Shown here piece after piece: positions 39,903 to 53,806 of a stretch of DNA of 64,000 nucleotides. The notes under the pieces are model-generated. The model was not told where the DNA came from. It saw nothing but the letters and a program-made list of their open reading frames with translations, and searched no databases. Source of the DNA: Chiloscyllium plagiosum. Taxonomy: Eukaryota. The position numbers and the translations under genes are program-made. Numbering within the stretch: position 1 is the first letter of the stretch; every line of letters begins with the position of its first letter. The stretch lies in NCBI RefSeq assembly GCF_004010195.1, contig NC_057755.1, positions 12,594,986 through 12,658,985 on the forward strand, read 5' to 3'.

Positions 39903-40075
39903 TAGATTATATTAGATTAGATTACTTAGTGTGGAAACAGGCCCTTCGGCCCAACAAGTCCACACCGACCCGCCAAAGCGCAACCCACCCAGACCAATTC
40001 CTCTACATTTACCCTTTCAGCTAACACTACGGGCAATTCACCTAACCTGCACATTTAGACTATGGGAGGAAACCT
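39903..40075 (-). mobile_element. HE1/V-SINE 3' part, about 15 bp downstream of the exon 5 donor
   Basis: (AGATT)n tail and gtggaaacaggcccttcggcccaacaagtcc. Confidence 0.85.
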
Positions 40076-40754
40076 TTTTTACTGGTTCCATATCATTTCC
40101 AAAATATAGCGGTCAGAACTGGACATAATGTTCTAGTTAAGGCCAAATCAGTTTACAACTTTATGCAAGTTTTAACATAGCTTCCTTGCTTTTGCACTCT
40201 GTGTTCCTATTAATGAAACCTGGGATATTGTATGTGTTTTTAACCAGCTCTCAACCTGATCTTGCACCTTCAGTGACTTATGTTTCAACCTGTCAGTGCT
40301 TTGTATGCCTCCTCACACTTCACAACTCCTCTAATTTTTTACCGTCTCCAGATTTGAGTTGTTTCCTGCACAACAATGATTCAGATCATCAATGTAGAAA
40401 TAGCAGGACACCCAACAGTAGCCTCTAGAGAACTCCACTCACACTATGACAAACTTTCCTCCATCCCAAACACATCCTTTAACCATTGCACTCTGCTTCC
40501 CATCACTTAAAAAAAATCATCTAATTTCATGTCTATGATGCTACCATTCTTTTATGCTCTCGCTTTTATTTAACGGTGCACATTAATCTGTTGTACAGCA
40601 CTGTATCCAATACCTTTTGGAATTCCATGTACAGCACACCAATAGCTTTACCCTCCAACCCCTCTCTGTTGCTTCAACAAGAAGTGCACAGTTTGCCTGT
40701 AACAGATCAAGTAGTTTTCGTTAATCAACGTCCACTTTCCCAGGTGGCTTTTAG

Positions 40755-41215
40755 AACATAGAACATTACAGCGCAGAACTGGCCCTTCGGCCCTCAATGT
40801 TGTGCTGACCTGTGGAACCAATCTGAAGCCTATCTATCCTACGCTATTCCATTATCATCCATATGTTTATCCAGTGACCATTTAAATGTCTTTAAGGTTG
40901 GTGGGTCTGCTACTGTTGCAGGCAGGGCATTCCATGCCCCTACTTCTCTGAGTAAAGAAAGTACCTCTGCCATCTGGCCTATATCTATCGTTCCCCAATT
41001 TAAAGCTGTGTTCCCTCATGCTATCCATCACCATCCGAGGAAAAAGGCTCTCTCTGTCCATCCTATCTAATCCTCTGATTATCTTATGTCTCAATTAAGT
41101 CACCTCTCAACCTTCTCTCTAACCAACACAGCCTCAAGTCCCTCAGCCTTTCCTCATAAGACTTTCCTTCCATACCAGGCAACATCCTAATAAATCTGCT
41201 CCGTACCCTTTCCAA
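40755..41215 (-). mobile_element. CR1 3' fragment (same subfamily as 47728-48870)
   Basis: HKIIRGLDRMDRESLFP motif; (AGAACAT)n tail. Confidence 0.8.
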
Positions 41216-42150
41216 TTTTGTCCCATATTATTGTTTCAGGACTCAATAGGATGAAGGGTTCTTCTGTATTGTACAGTTCTGATTCCTGAGAATAATGCCT
41301 TGCCTAGTTGAAATTTGAACAAAGCTTGGAAGTAAATGGGGTTAGATCCTTTCCAGATGCAGATGGCTGTATGCTGATGGGGTCAGTGATGGTCTGCGGT
41401 TTGGAAATGGCAGCTCAGCTGTTAATGATAATAGAAGCTTTTCACCAAGGAGGCAGTGAATGTAGTAACTGAGTACAGGACAGCTTTGGACGAACGATAC
41501 TCTGCATCACATCACCTCATGACTGTGCCATGTTGCATACCTTCAGGCAGTAGTTGCTTGAAGGGATGTGATTAGGTTGGTTGTTATCTCCATATGGCCA
41601 TAAGTTCATTAGATTATAGGGGTCAAATTAGACCATTGAGTCTGCTGTGCCACTCAATCATGGCTGATATGTTTCTCAACCCCATTTTCCTGCCCTTGAT
41701 CCCTTTATCAATCAAGAAACCCATCTAACTCTGTCTTAAATTTGCTTCATGACTCTGGCAATGCGTTCCACAGATTAACTTTCCGTTGACTGAAGAAAGT
41801 TCTCCTCATCAGTTCCAGACGGTCATCCCTCAGGTCCTCGTCTCTCCTATTGGCGGAAATATCTTCCTCCACATCCAATCTGTCAAGGCCCCTCAGTATT
41901 ATGTCAATTTAAACGTGGTTCATCCTCATCATTCTAACACCATCGAGTACAGACTCACAGCCTTCAACTGCGTCACATATGACAAGTCCTTTAGCCCCAG
42001 GATCATTCTTGTAAACCTCTTCTGGACCGCTCCATGGCCAGCACACCTTTGCTTAGATACGAGGCCCAAGTTGACTCATTCTCTTACCCTTCCCGTGTCC
42101 TCATCAAAACATTATTAGAGCTCTTGTTGGCAACTATTAACTTCTAATTT

Positions 42151-42685
42151 GTGGGCGGCACGGTGGCACAGTGGTTAGCACTGCTGCCTCACAGCGCCAG
42201 AGACCCGGGTTCAATTCCCGCCTCAGGCGCCCCGTGTCTGCGTGGGTTTCCTCCAGGTGCTCCGGTTTCCTCCCACAGCCCAAAAGATGTGCAGGTCAGG
42301 TGAAGTGGCCAAGCTAAATTGCCCGTAGTGTAAGGCGACTGACTGTGTGGAGTTTGCACGTTCTCCCCGTGTCTGCGTGGGTTTCCTCCGGGTGCTCCGG
42401 TTTCCTCCCACAGTCCAAAGGATGTGCAGGGTCAGGTGAATTGGCCATGCTAAATTGCCCGTAGTGTTAGGTAAGGGGTAAATGTAGGGGTATGGGTGGG
42501 TTTCGCTTCGGCGGGTCGGTGTGGACTTGTTGGGCCGAAGGGCCTGTTTCCACACTGTAATGTAATCTAATCTAAATCTAAATGTAGGGGTATGGGTGGA
42601 TTGCGCTTCGGCGGGTCAGTGTGGACTTGTTGGGCCGAAGGGCCTGTTTCCACACTAAGTAATCTAATCTAATCTAATCTAATCT
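42151..42685 (+). mobile_element. Composite young HE1/V-SINE with an extra V-domain and a duplicated tail
   Basis: Head, extra V-domain segment at 42230-42332, complete body, second tail at about 42579-42685 ending in (AATCT)n. Confidence 0.9.
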
Positions 42686-43640
42686 TAACTGTTAATCGTC
42701 ATCTGACCAGTATGTATTCTCATGGCAACACATCTACCAATCAGACTCCACTTGCCCACCAATCAGCACTCTATTCTAATACTGTATGAAATGTTGCACT
42801 TTAGGTTGGTATCCTTACAGATGTTGTGATGAGTGCAAGATGAAATACTTGGGCAAAATGTGTCTTTTTCAGTCACTACTCTTATCCTGCGTTAATATAG
42901 CTAAGAATTTGAGTGGAAATGTAAGGAAGTAATAATAAGTCTTAGTTTACCCAATGGGCAGTCTTCATCTATCAACCTGGATTATGATTGGGAACAGGAT
43001 GCTGAGCAGGTTTTAGTCACTGGGTACTGGTGCTGCTTCTCATGGCTGGGATCCATATATGCCAGGGACAGAAGGGTATTTTTCTCCAATCCACTATCAA
43101 GGAGCTTTCCTACTGCTGATGCATTCTCATGAGTGAGTCAAATATTAATGTTTATTTTGCTTCTTGTGAATGCGGAAGACAACAGCATAACTTTTTAAAG
43201 AATCTCTAGCTGGGTAACTCAATTAACATCATCTTAGCCCAAGACATTTTGGGAGTATGTAGTGGGTTGGATGAGATTTCCTACAATAAAAATGATTCAT
43301 TTGGAGGGGCAGATGAAGGAGACTGATCAAATGATTTTAGAATAAATGGTCTGGATGAAGTCCTTTGCCATAGGCAGTCAGGAAGCATATTTTCATTCAA
43401 TGGCTCCTTTGTTGTATAGGGACCACTATTCAGAGCTCGTTTAGATCAGTCCAGTCTTTGAGTTATGTTGTGCAATGTTTGTAAAGCTCAAAGGTTTCCT
43501 ATGGGACTATGGGAAACTGTCAGATCAGGCAAGCTTCATATCTGTAAATAGAGGCCAACACCATATCAATCTCCTCTGTGTTCAACTTATTAATTTTCCT
43601 GAACTGTCTATGGCTAAGTGTTGTTTTCCTTCTTCTCAAG

Positions 43641-43740
43641 GACTATGACGTAGATATTATGGCTGTGGTGAATGACACTGTTGGCACCATGATGACCTGT
43701 GGATTTGATGACCAGCGCTGTGAAGTTGGTCTTATTATAG
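43641..43740 (+). CDS. HK1: Hexokinase exon 6, 100 bp
   Basis: Boundaries ctcaag|GACTAT...ATTATAG|gtaaca. Encodes [33 protein letters not shown](G), with the NDTVG motif. Confidence 0.96.
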
Positions 43741-44705
43741 GTAACAACTTATTTAATAACTGTCAATTGTATGACTGTGCAGCGTTGGCTGGTGTGAAAA
43801 TGTGTCATAAACACTGGAAAATCCAAGGTTCGGTTCCTAGGTTGAGCTCCACTATTAAGATACAAAAGCCATGACTGATGTCATACAGTTGAGATAATAT
43901 TAATAGTGAGGCTTGGGTTCACGTGCTTCCCAGCTACAGAAATGTGGACAGAGTTGGCTGGTGAGTGGTGACGGCAACATAAAAAATCTTTTTTTTTCAA
44001 TTCCTTGAAAGGTAGCGGTTGCCCCGATTGCATGGCAATCACCAGCCATGATCACAATTAATTTTCACCTCTCCTTCTGACCAGCCCTTGTCATAGCATG
44101 ATACAATGCACCCAATACCTGACCAGCATTGGTATTTTTCCAAATTAAACAGTGTGAGGAATCCATCCACCCTCTCCCCAGTTCCAAGCACAAGAGAAAA
44201 CTATTCCCTAGCCTTCCACTGAACCCCAGACATGAGCAAGTGCTCCTCCTCTCTGGTCGGCAACACCCTTTCACCTGGAACCCTTGCTTCCCACTTTTTG
44301 CCAAAGACCTTTCTTGAATGTCTCCAGTGTTGTTCACCCGCTTATGCTCGAAACGTCGAATCCCCTGCTCCTTGGATGCTGCCTGACCTGCTGTGCTTTT
44401 CCAGCAACACATTTTTCAGATCTGCTACCAAATCTCTGCTATCTGTCAGTTGCTGAAATTGTTATGTATCAAAGGCCTGACCTCTAAGTCACTCGAGCCT
44501 TGTGTGTGTTACCCCCTATCAAGCTGGTGTGCACCCTTACTGCTCCTGATCAGGGCTCCTGCAGAGAGAATGATGTGTTAGCTGTCAGAGGTCAGCATGT
44601 GGTTTGTACTCCATGCAGAGTCCGCATTGGGAGGAGAACAGATACTTAAAAATTGGTTTTAAAAATACTTGCTTCTGAACTGATAGAATATTCTATCTGA
44701 ATTGA

Positions 44706-44897
<192 letters not shown>

Positions 44898-45479
44898 TAA
44901 GTTCATGTTTTATATTTGTTTATTAACTGAAAAGCTGCTTGCTTGAGGTGGAACTTCCCTAGACTAATTGGTAGGAGTGTACCTCCAATTAGCAGTTGGC
45001 TGATCACCTGGTACTGTCATTGATTAATTAGGTGACAAAACAGGTGATGAGACATCATGTTATTGAGAGAAAGTTGGCCCCATTTCTGATCTTGGCTCTT
45101 TAAACATGGTGCTTTATCTTGGGTATCCTGAGAAAAGCGCTGTAGAAGATTTGAGTCTTTGTCTTTAGCAAAGATAGGAAGTTATGCATTTAAAGCTGCC
45201 ACTCTCTGCCCTTGAGCAAATAATGGAACAGAGACCGTTTGAATTAAAAACAGTGACTATTTTAATGTTGAGGAAGTTGATTATAGTTTGCTGTTTTTCA
45301 GTACCACAGCTTTCAGGTGCTGAATACTATGAGCACAAATTTAAATTTTTTGAAAGCTTATGATTGTTGCTAGACTGGAGAATGTAGGTATTTTACTAAT
45401 GCCCAACTAAAAAAGAATTGATACTTAATTATTAAGAAGCGAGATTGATGAGTTCTATCTGTGTAACTTACTTGTGCAG

Positions 45480-45635
45480 GTTTGAGAAAATGATCAGTGG
45501 AATGTATATGGGAGAACTCGTGAGGCTCATTCTTGTCAAGATGGCCAAGGAAGGACTGATCTTTGAAGGAAACATCACGCCAGAACTGCTTACCAAAGGC
45601 AAATTGGAAACAAAACATGTATCTGCCATTGAGAA
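45480..45635 (+). CDS. HK1: Hexokinase exon 8, 156 bp
   Basis: Boundaries gtgcag|GTTTGAG...GAGAA|gtaagt. Encodes [51 protein letters not shown](K). Confidence 0.96.
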
Positions 45636-45685
45636 GTAAGTAACACTTAGAGCTGTACTAATTCCATAATACAGCATTGTTAGCT

Positions 45686-45985
45686 TAGATTAGGTTCCCT
45701 ACAGTGTGGAAAAAGGCCCTTCGGCCCAACAAGTCCACACCGACCCTCCGAAGAGTAACCCACCCAGACCATTTCCCTCTGACTAACGCATCTAACCTAT
45801 GGGCAATTTAGCATGGCCAATTCACCTGACCTGCACATCTTTGGACTGTGGGAGCACCCGGAGGAAACCCACGCAGACACTGGGAGAATGTGCAAACACA
45901 CAGACAGACGTCCGAGGCTGGAATCGAACCTGGAACCCTGTTGCTGTGAGGCAGCAGTGCTAACCATTGAGCCACAGTGCCACCC
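45686..45985 (-). mobile_element. HE1/V-SINE about 50 bp downstream of exon 8
   Basis: Tail, V-domain and head motifs. Confidence 0.88.
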
Positions 45986-46729
45986 AGAAGTTGCCCATTG
46001 TTTTTCTCCATCTCAAATAGTGTGGATAGCATGTCATTTTTATCCTTTCCGCTTCCTTCTGAATATTAATTGACTACAACTCCACAGGAATTGATGTTCT
46101 CCATTTCAGAGGCTTTTTGCTTTAGCATAAGACTGATAAATTCACTGCTGGAGTAATATTCTGAGATCAGACGGCTAGCGTGAGCGTGGCAGGTTAGACA
46201 ATCTCAGTTTGAGTGATGTATTCTGATGAATGCCAGATTGATGAGGTTCGTACAGTAACAGTGACCGCTGGGACCAATCGTCTGGATGTAATTTTAAAAA
46301 AAATATACTTGTTGCATATGAGCATCACTGGCTGGCCAGTATTTATTACAAGTCCCCAATTACCCTTTAGAAAGTGGTGGTGAGCTGCCTTCTTGAACCA
46401 CGACATTCTAGTGTAGTGCTGCTGAATGTTCATGAACTTTTCAGACATGAATTAAATGCAATTTATTTCATAAAATATGATAAGGTACATTCCAACTCAT
46501 TTCATCCAAAATTCCAAAATCACTTGCCAGTTGTCCCAGTTCTTAACTTTCGTCAAAAGATAATTTGGTTGCAAAAAATGACTAATCATTTATGTGCTTT
46601 CAAACATAACTTTAAGTTGTTAAACTAAAGTTTAAAGTAGTGGATTTATGGAGGCATTTGAGAAACTGATCACCACTCCAGAAGTAAATACAGTTTTAAA
46701 AGATTGGGGTGGATTGCATTTGAATCATC

Positions 46730-48870
46730 CCGTACAGAAGAGGCCTATTGAATCTATAACACCAAAACATACTACTACCTCCACTAGACCCACTTTCCTG
46801 CATTAAGCCCATAGCCTTGAATATTATGACATTTCAAGTGCTCATCTAAGTACTTTTTAGAGGCTTTTTTAAGATTGAGGTTTCTCGCCTCAACTATCTT
46901 CCCAGGTAGAGCATTCCAGATCCCCATCACCCTCTGCATGAAACCATTTTTCTTCAAATCCCCCCTCAGCTTCCTACCATTCATCTTAAACTTATGCTCC
47001 CTTGTTATTAACCGTTCAACTAAGGGGAGCAGCTGCTTTCTATTCATCCTGTTCGTGCCCCTCAAACCTTATAGCCTCTATCAGGATCCACCTCATCTTC
47101 TCTGCTCCAAAGAAAACAACCTGATCTTATCCAGCCTCTCTTCATTGCTGAAATGCCTCCTTCCAGGAAATATCTTGGTGAATCTCCTTTGCATCCCTTC
47201 CAATGCAATAATATCCTTCCTACAAAAGTGTGCACAGAACCAGCTGTGGTTCTGTACAGCTCCAACACAACCTCCCTGCTCTAATAATCTGTGCCACAAC
47301 TGATAAAGACACTCATTCCAGTGTACTGTTTTTACTGCCCTACTAAACTGTCCCACCACCTTCAAGGGTCTATGGATAAGCACCCCAGCATACCTCTGTT
47401 CCTCTGAGAACCCTAATTTCTGATCATTCATGGAACAATGTAGATTGCGTTGGTCTTGTAAGGTCAGAGTTGCCAATGAGGATATTTAATGATCCATCAT
47501 TAAGCTTGTTGGGGGATTTGAACAAAGAGCAGATATATTCATTAGAAATCTAAATTATTATTGCAGCTTGCAAAATCAAGATTTGTTGGAAGTGAAATAG
47601 TCTGTAATTCTTTTTCAATCAGACCAACGTGCATCACGTTGTCATAGAAATAGGGGTTTGGGGCGGTGCCTTGGTTAGACTTTTTTTGTCACTGACAGAT
47701 GTGCGTAGTTCAGTTTGGACTTTGAGAGGAACATAGAACATTACAGTACAGTACAGGCCCTTCGGCCCTCGATGGTTTCACAGGTCGGTGCAACAATCTG
47801 AAGCCTATCTATCCTATACTATTCCATTTTCATCCATATACTTATTCAATGACCATTTAAATGCCCTTTAAAGTTTGCGAGACTACTACTGTTGCAGGCA
47901 GGGTTTTCCACGCCCCTATTACTCTGAGTAAAGAAACTACCTCTGACATCTGCTTTACATCTATCACCCCTCAATTTAAAGCTATGTCCCTTCATGCTAG
48001 CCATCACCATCTGAGGAAAAGACTCTCGCTGTCCACCCTGTCTAACCCTCTGATTCCTGTATGTCTCAATTAAGTCACCTCTTGCCGCCTTCTCTCTAAA
48101 CAGCCTCAAGTCTCTCACCCTTCCCTCATAAGACCTTCTCTCCATCCCAGGCAACATCCAAGTAAATCGCCTCTGAACTCTTTCCAAATCTTCCACATCC
48201 TTCCTATAATGGGGTGACCAGAACTGTACACAATACTGCAAGTGCAGCTGCATCAGAGTTTTGTACAGCTGCAACATGACCTCATGGCTCCGATACTCAA
48301 TCCCTCCACTAATAAAAGCTATGCCTTCTTAACAACCCCAATCAACCTTGGTGGCAACTTTCAAGGATCTATGTACATAGACACCGAGATCTCTCTGCTC
48401 ATCTACACTACCAAGAATCTTACCATTAGCCCAATACTCTTCATTCTTATTGCTCCGTCCAAAGTGAATCACTTGACACTTTTCCACATTAAACTCCATT
48501 TGCCACTTCTCAGCCCAGCTCTGCAACTTATCTATGTCTCTCTGTAACCTGCAACATCCTTCAGCATTGTCCACAACTTCACTGACCTTCGTGTCATCTG
48601 CAAATTTACTAACCCATCTTTCTATGACTCATCCAGGTCATTTATAAAAATGACAAATAGCAGTGGCCCCAAAACAGATCCTTGCAGTACACTCCTAGTT
48701 ACTGAACTCCAGAATGAATATTTCCATCAACCACCACTCTTTCAGCTAGCCAATTTCTGATCCAAACCGCTAAATCACCCTCAATCCCATGCCTCTCTGT
48801 TTTGTGCAATAGCCTACTGTGGGGAAGCTTATCAAACATCTTGCTGAAATCCATATACACCACATGAACC
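46730..48870 (-). mobile_element. Two CR1 fragments (about 46730-47450 and 47728-48870)
   Basis: LQLYKTL..HLQYCVQFWSPHYRKDVEDLERVQRRFT and LQRDIDKLQSWAEKWQMEFNVEKC. Confidence 0.85.
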
Positions 48871-49794
48871 GCTTAGCAAAGGTAGCTGGAAGACTTGCTG
48901 TAGCTTGTAAATAGTGGATGAAATTGCCAATGGTCCTCTCAGAACACCATCTGCTTGAATAATTAGCTTGGGAAGAGCTATATTGAATCTGTGGGTCAAA
49001 CTGAAATAAAGAAGTCTGTGTACATCTAAGGCCAGGCCAAAGAGCTGAGGAGTCCGCAGTCACGAGGTTTTTGAAAGAAAATTGGGGGATTCCTTAATTA
49101 AAAGTTAATGAAGAACCCCCAAATAATTTGTATCTTGAGTAATAGTGAGGAAAATTCTAAAGTACATTCTGGAGTACTGTTGTCTATTTCTTATATTGGT
49201 CCAAAGAAATGTGAATGAACCTTCAAGATTTCATAAGATGAGGGAATTCTGTCAGGAGGGAGTAGAATTTAGTTTACAAAGACATGTTATAAATTATAAT
49301 GTTAAGTCAGTAATGCTTGCTTTCATAGAATCATTGAATCCCTATAGCATGGAAGCAGGCAAAATGGCCCATTGAATCCACACCGACCCTAGCCTTATAC
49401 CTGCACTTCCCATGCAAATCCACCCTAGCCTGCATGTTCCTGGATCCTCTGGGCAATTTAGCTTGGCCAGAGCTTGCCCAAGGCTGGAATTGAACCTGGG
49501 TCTCTGGCACTGTGAGGCAGCAGTGCTAACCACTCAGCCATTGTGCTTTGGTAATCTTTGCTTGAAAAAGTGTAATTTTGAGGCAGCTTAGTTGGTTAAT
49601 TGCGGCGATTTCAGATTTCTTTTCTAAAGGTTGACAACCGATTCATATCAAAACTGAAGTCTCTTGGTGTATCTTTGCATCTTTAAACTAGGATAAAATT
49701 GAAGCTAACAAGATTATTGGACAAACTTTATGGTATATAGCAGTTGGCAACACTACGTTTCTCAGATTTTTCTGGACAGGGTTTGCAGATGATT

Positions 49795-50620
49795 CAAAGT
49801 AGGTAATGTTGAGGAGGTGGGGAGGCTGCAGAAAGATTTAGACAGATTAGGAGAATGGGTAAAGAAGTGACAGATGAAATACAATGTGGCAAAGTGTGAG
49901 GGTCACGCACTCCATAGGAAGAATAGAGGCATGGATTATTTTCTAAATAGGGAGAAAATTCAGAAGTCTGAAGTCCAAAGGAACTTGAGAGTCTTCGACC
50001 AGATTTGCAGGTTGAGTTGGTCGTTAGGAAAGCAAATACAATGTTGTCATTCATCTTGTGAGAACTAAAATGTAAATCCGGAAGCTGTTTTGAGGCTTTA
50101 TAAGGCTCTGGTCAGAACTCGTTTAGAGAATTGTGAGCAATTTTGGGCTCCACACCTCCGGAAGGATGTTCTGGCCTGGAGTAGGTCCGAAGGAGGCTCA
50201 CAAGAATGTTCCCAGGAATGAAAGGCGTAAAATATGAAGAATGTTTGAGGACTCTGGGTCTATACTTGATGGAGTTGAGAAAGATAACTGATTGAAACTT
50301 ACAGAATACTGAATGGCCTGCACAGAGTGGATGTTGGGAAGGAGAGGTGAGGACCCAAGGGCACAGCCTAAGAGTAAAGGGAACATCCTTTAGAATGGAG
50401 ATAAGGAGACACATCTTGAGCTGGAAAGTGGAGAATCAGTGGAATTCATTGCCACAGAAGGCTCTGGAAGCAAAGTCATTGAGCATATTTAAAACAGATA
50501 AGTTCTTGATTGCTATGGGGATGAAACATTGTGGGAAGAAAGTAGGAAAATGGGGTTGAGTGGCAGAGCAGACTGAATGAATCGATTGGCCTAGTTTCTG
50601 CTTCTATGTCTTATGGTCTA
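49795..50620 (+). mobile_element. CR1 3' fragment
   Basis: MKYNVAKCE and RTQGHSLRV...WNSLPQ motifs. Confidence 0.75.
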
Positions 50621-50689
50621 ATGCAAACTATAACAAAGGGAATACCAGGAACAAAAGAGCAGATTCTGCACTGTGGTCATCAACATAAC

Positions 50690-51120
50690 ATAGAAGATAG
50701 GTGTGACTCAAAAAGAGTGATATGTTTTTATTGTTGTAGGTCAGTCATGTAAAAGTAAATTGTTAAACCAGTGGAAGGTATGCATGACTGGTGTTCATTT
50801 GTACAGAAAGCTGCATTAAAGAGGTGAGGCTTGTGAGAAACCAAACCCTTCTAATGTTGTTAGTGGGCATAAAATGAAGTGTTCATATTTGGAGAAGAAG
50901 TCACTGTTTTTGTCCAAGGAAGAATCCAAAAGAATAGTTATTCAAAGAGATACAGAATCAGGTCCAAGCTTACTAGCAAAAGACTTAGACTTAAGAATGT
51001 GTGTTGAATAACCAATGTAAAGGGTATTGATGGAAAGATTGTGCCTATCCCATTGTATCAAGTGAATTTACATTGTGGCCCAAATGGAAAGGAAGTACCA
51101 ATGGCAACAGGAAGTTGATA
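50690..51120 (+). mobile_element. Gypsy-like LTR retrotransposon gag-protease relic
   Basis: Frameshifted CCHC knuckle CFYC.../HVKVNC, then IVIQRDTESGPSLL (like ILRDTGAxQSLL protease) and VKGIDGKIVPIPLYQVNLHC. Confidence 0.55.
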
Positions 51121-52650
51121 AGATGCTAGGAAGATTAGGAAAAAGGCGAAACAAAGCCGACTATAGAGTATGCTTCGAAAGCGGAATGATGCCAGCAAAC
51201 CAAAGTTATGGCTCTTTGCCTGAATGAAGGCAGCATTTGCACCAAGGTAGACTATCTAAAGGTACAAATTGAAATACATGAATATGATCTAATTCCCATT
51301 TCAGAAACAGTGTTGCATGGTGACCAGGGAACTGGGAACTGAATATTCAAAGAAACTTGATCTTTAAAAAGTAAGAAAAGGTGATGGATATATAGATTCG
51401 TACAGTACAGAAGAGGCCCTTTGGATAATTAGTTAGTGCTGAATCAAACTGCTCCAAATCTCCACTAGTCAGTCCCACACACTAACACTTAGCTCAAGGC
51501 TTTAAATGTTATGATATTTCAAGTGCTCATCCTTTTTAAAGTTGACGTTTCCTGTTTCAACCATCCTCCCAGGCTGTGCATTTCAAATTTCCACCATCCT
51601 CTGGGTGAAAAAACTTTTCCTCAAATCCTGTAATCCTCCTCGTGACTTTTTAAATTATGCCTCTTGTTATTGACTATTTAACAGAGAACAGCTGCTTTCT
51701 ATCCACCCTGTCCATGCCCCTCAATCTTACACAGCCCTATCAGATTTCTCCCATCTCACCTCAACTTTCTCTGCTTCAAAGAAAACAATCTGAGCTTATC
51801 CGGCCTCTCTTCATAGCTACAATGTTCCATCACTGGAAACATCCTGGTGAATCTCCTTTGCGATTCATCCAGTGCAATCACTATCTTTTAGTGCAGTAAC
51901 CAGATAGTACTCCACCTATGGCCCAATTAATGTCTTTTAGAGATTCAACAGAATCTACTTGCTCTTATAATTTATGCCATGACTGATAAAGGCAAGCATC
52001 GCGTATGTTTTTACTGCACTCTTTTTAATCGGTCCTGAATTCAGGGATCTGTGGACACAGACCCCCAAGGTACCCCATTCCTCTGAGCTTCCTTGTATCC
52101 TGCCATTCATTGAATACTCCCATGTCTTATTCCATCCTGCATCACCCCTCACTTTTCAGGATTAAATTCCATCTGATCAATAAGTCTATATCATCCTGTA
52201 ACTTAAGCCATTCCTCCTCACTATCAGCCACCCAGCCAATCTTTGTGCTATCTGCAAGCTTACTTATCTTGTCTCCCACATTCTCAATTATTTTCCTTTG
52301 TACATATAAAATTAACAGTAAGGGACCAAGCACTTGGCCCATTTATATATCAGAGGACTTTGACCTCCAGTCACACAAACAGCCTTCTACCAGGTACTCG
52401 CTGTCTTTCAGCACCTGGCAAATTTTGGAACCATTATGACAAGTTACTCAGGATCCTATGTATTTTTACCTTCTTTATCAGTCTCCCATTTGGGACCTGG
52501 TTAAAGGCTTTGCTGAAATCCATATGAAGTGCACTAACTGCACTCCCCCCATCTACTCCCCTGGTCACCATCTCAAAAGAAATCTATCAGATTTGTTAGG
52601 TGTCACCTCCATCTGATAAAGCCACACAGACTATACCTGATCAAACCTTG

Positions 52651-52847
52651 ATTTGGAGATGCCGGTGTTGGTCTGGGGTGTACAAAGTTAAAAATCACAC
52701 AACAGCAGGTTATAGTCTAACAGGCTTAATTGGAAGCACACTAGCTTTCGGAGCGACTATCACCTGATGAAGGAGGGTCGCTCCGAAAGCTAGTGTGCTT
52801 CCAATTAAACCTGTTGGACTATAACCTGGTGTTGTGATTTTTAACTT
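52651..52847. mobile_element. Palindromic Penelope-derived element (family 2)
   Basis: Perfect 13 bp TSD tgatcaaaccttg (52638-52650, 52848-52860); intact hammerhead core at 52761-52795. Confidence 0.85.
52761..52795 (+). ncRNA. Minimal type I hammerhead ribozyme motif
   Basis: CAC-CUGAUGA-A-GGAG(GGUCG)CUCC-GAA-AGCU-A-GUG: conserved core, stem I CAC/GUG, stem II, palindromic AGCU in place of stem III. Confidence 0.75.
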
Positions 52848-52945
52848 TGATCAAACCTTGCCCGTCTAATGAAGTTGAATTATCTCCTTCAGAATTTTCT
52901 CCATTAGTTTCCCTGTCACTGATGTAGACCCACTATCTGTAATTC

Positions 52946-53067
52946 CTGAAGAAGGGCTCATGCCCGAAACGTCGATTCTCCTGCTCCTTGGATGCTGCCT
53001 GACCTGCGCTTTTCCAGCAACACATTTTCAGCTCTGATCTCCAGCATCTGCAGTCCTCACTTTCTCT
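52946..53067 (+). mobile_element. Solo Penelope terminal repeat (family 1) with an intact hammerhead core
   Basis: CUGAAGA-A-GGGC(UCAU)GCCC-GAA-ACGU-C-GA; 16 bp direct repeat cactatctgtaattcc (52931-52946, 53068-53083). Confidence 0.85.
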
Positions 53068-53261
53068 CACTATCTGTAATTCCCTGGTTTATCTTTACAA
53101 CACCCCTTGACAAGTGAAACCATGTTAACTGTCCTCCAATCCTCTCCCACCTCCTGTTGACCAGAGAGGTATTAAAATTTTGGTTCAGAGTCCCTGTAAT
53201 TACCTCCCTCACGTCCCACAACAGCCTGGGATACAACTCGTCCGGACTTGGGTTTTGTCCA

Positions 53262-53689
53262 TATAGAGATTGGTACCAGGTGGACCTCATTGACTAGAAG
53301 GTTCTTGATTGGGGTTGTTAACCTGGGCCAATCAGGAAAACCTTGGTTGACCAATATAACCAGTGTCATTGGCCACTTGGGTGTTTTCTTTCTTCCTGGT
53401 GGTAGAAATTGAATAAAGATTGGTACCCTCGTTGTCTTTTCACTGTCGCACACCTGCACACACACATCATGGATGCTTAGAGAAAATAAGCATTACCGCA
53501 GTTAGGCAGTAGTGTGGGGAGTTAAAAAAAAACAGGAGATTTAGTCTCTTCAGAAAGAAACAAAAAATAACGAGATTAGAATCTCCCAGCTGAGGACTGA
53601 TTGGGCTCGCTGGCCACAGGCAGTGTACTGTGTACTACTAAATAAAGGGTGACTGGGTGACAGAAACCAGCCTCTGTGCAGTTATTTCA
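53262..53689 (+). mobile_element. Putative solo LTR with an internal A-tailed insertion (about 53362-53532)
   Basis: TA...CA ends, 5 bp flanks gtcca/atcca interrupting CR1, CCAAT boxes, TATAA, and AATAAA about 45 bp from the end. Confidence 0.5.
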
Positions 53690-53806
53690 ATCCACTTTGT
53701 AGCCTGTCAAGACCTCCAATTCTTCCTATGTCAATTTGCTCAAGAGCCAGAGTTGTTTCTAAAGTCTGTACTGACATCCTCCTCCTAAGTGAAGACAGGT
53801 GTGAAG

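Noticed and set aside
42690..42880. Fifth hammerhead-bearing Penelope terminus (tgtgatgagtgcaagatgaaatact with upstream CCAAT boxes)
   Set aside because: The core is too degenerate and single-copy here to support; kept only as a possibility.
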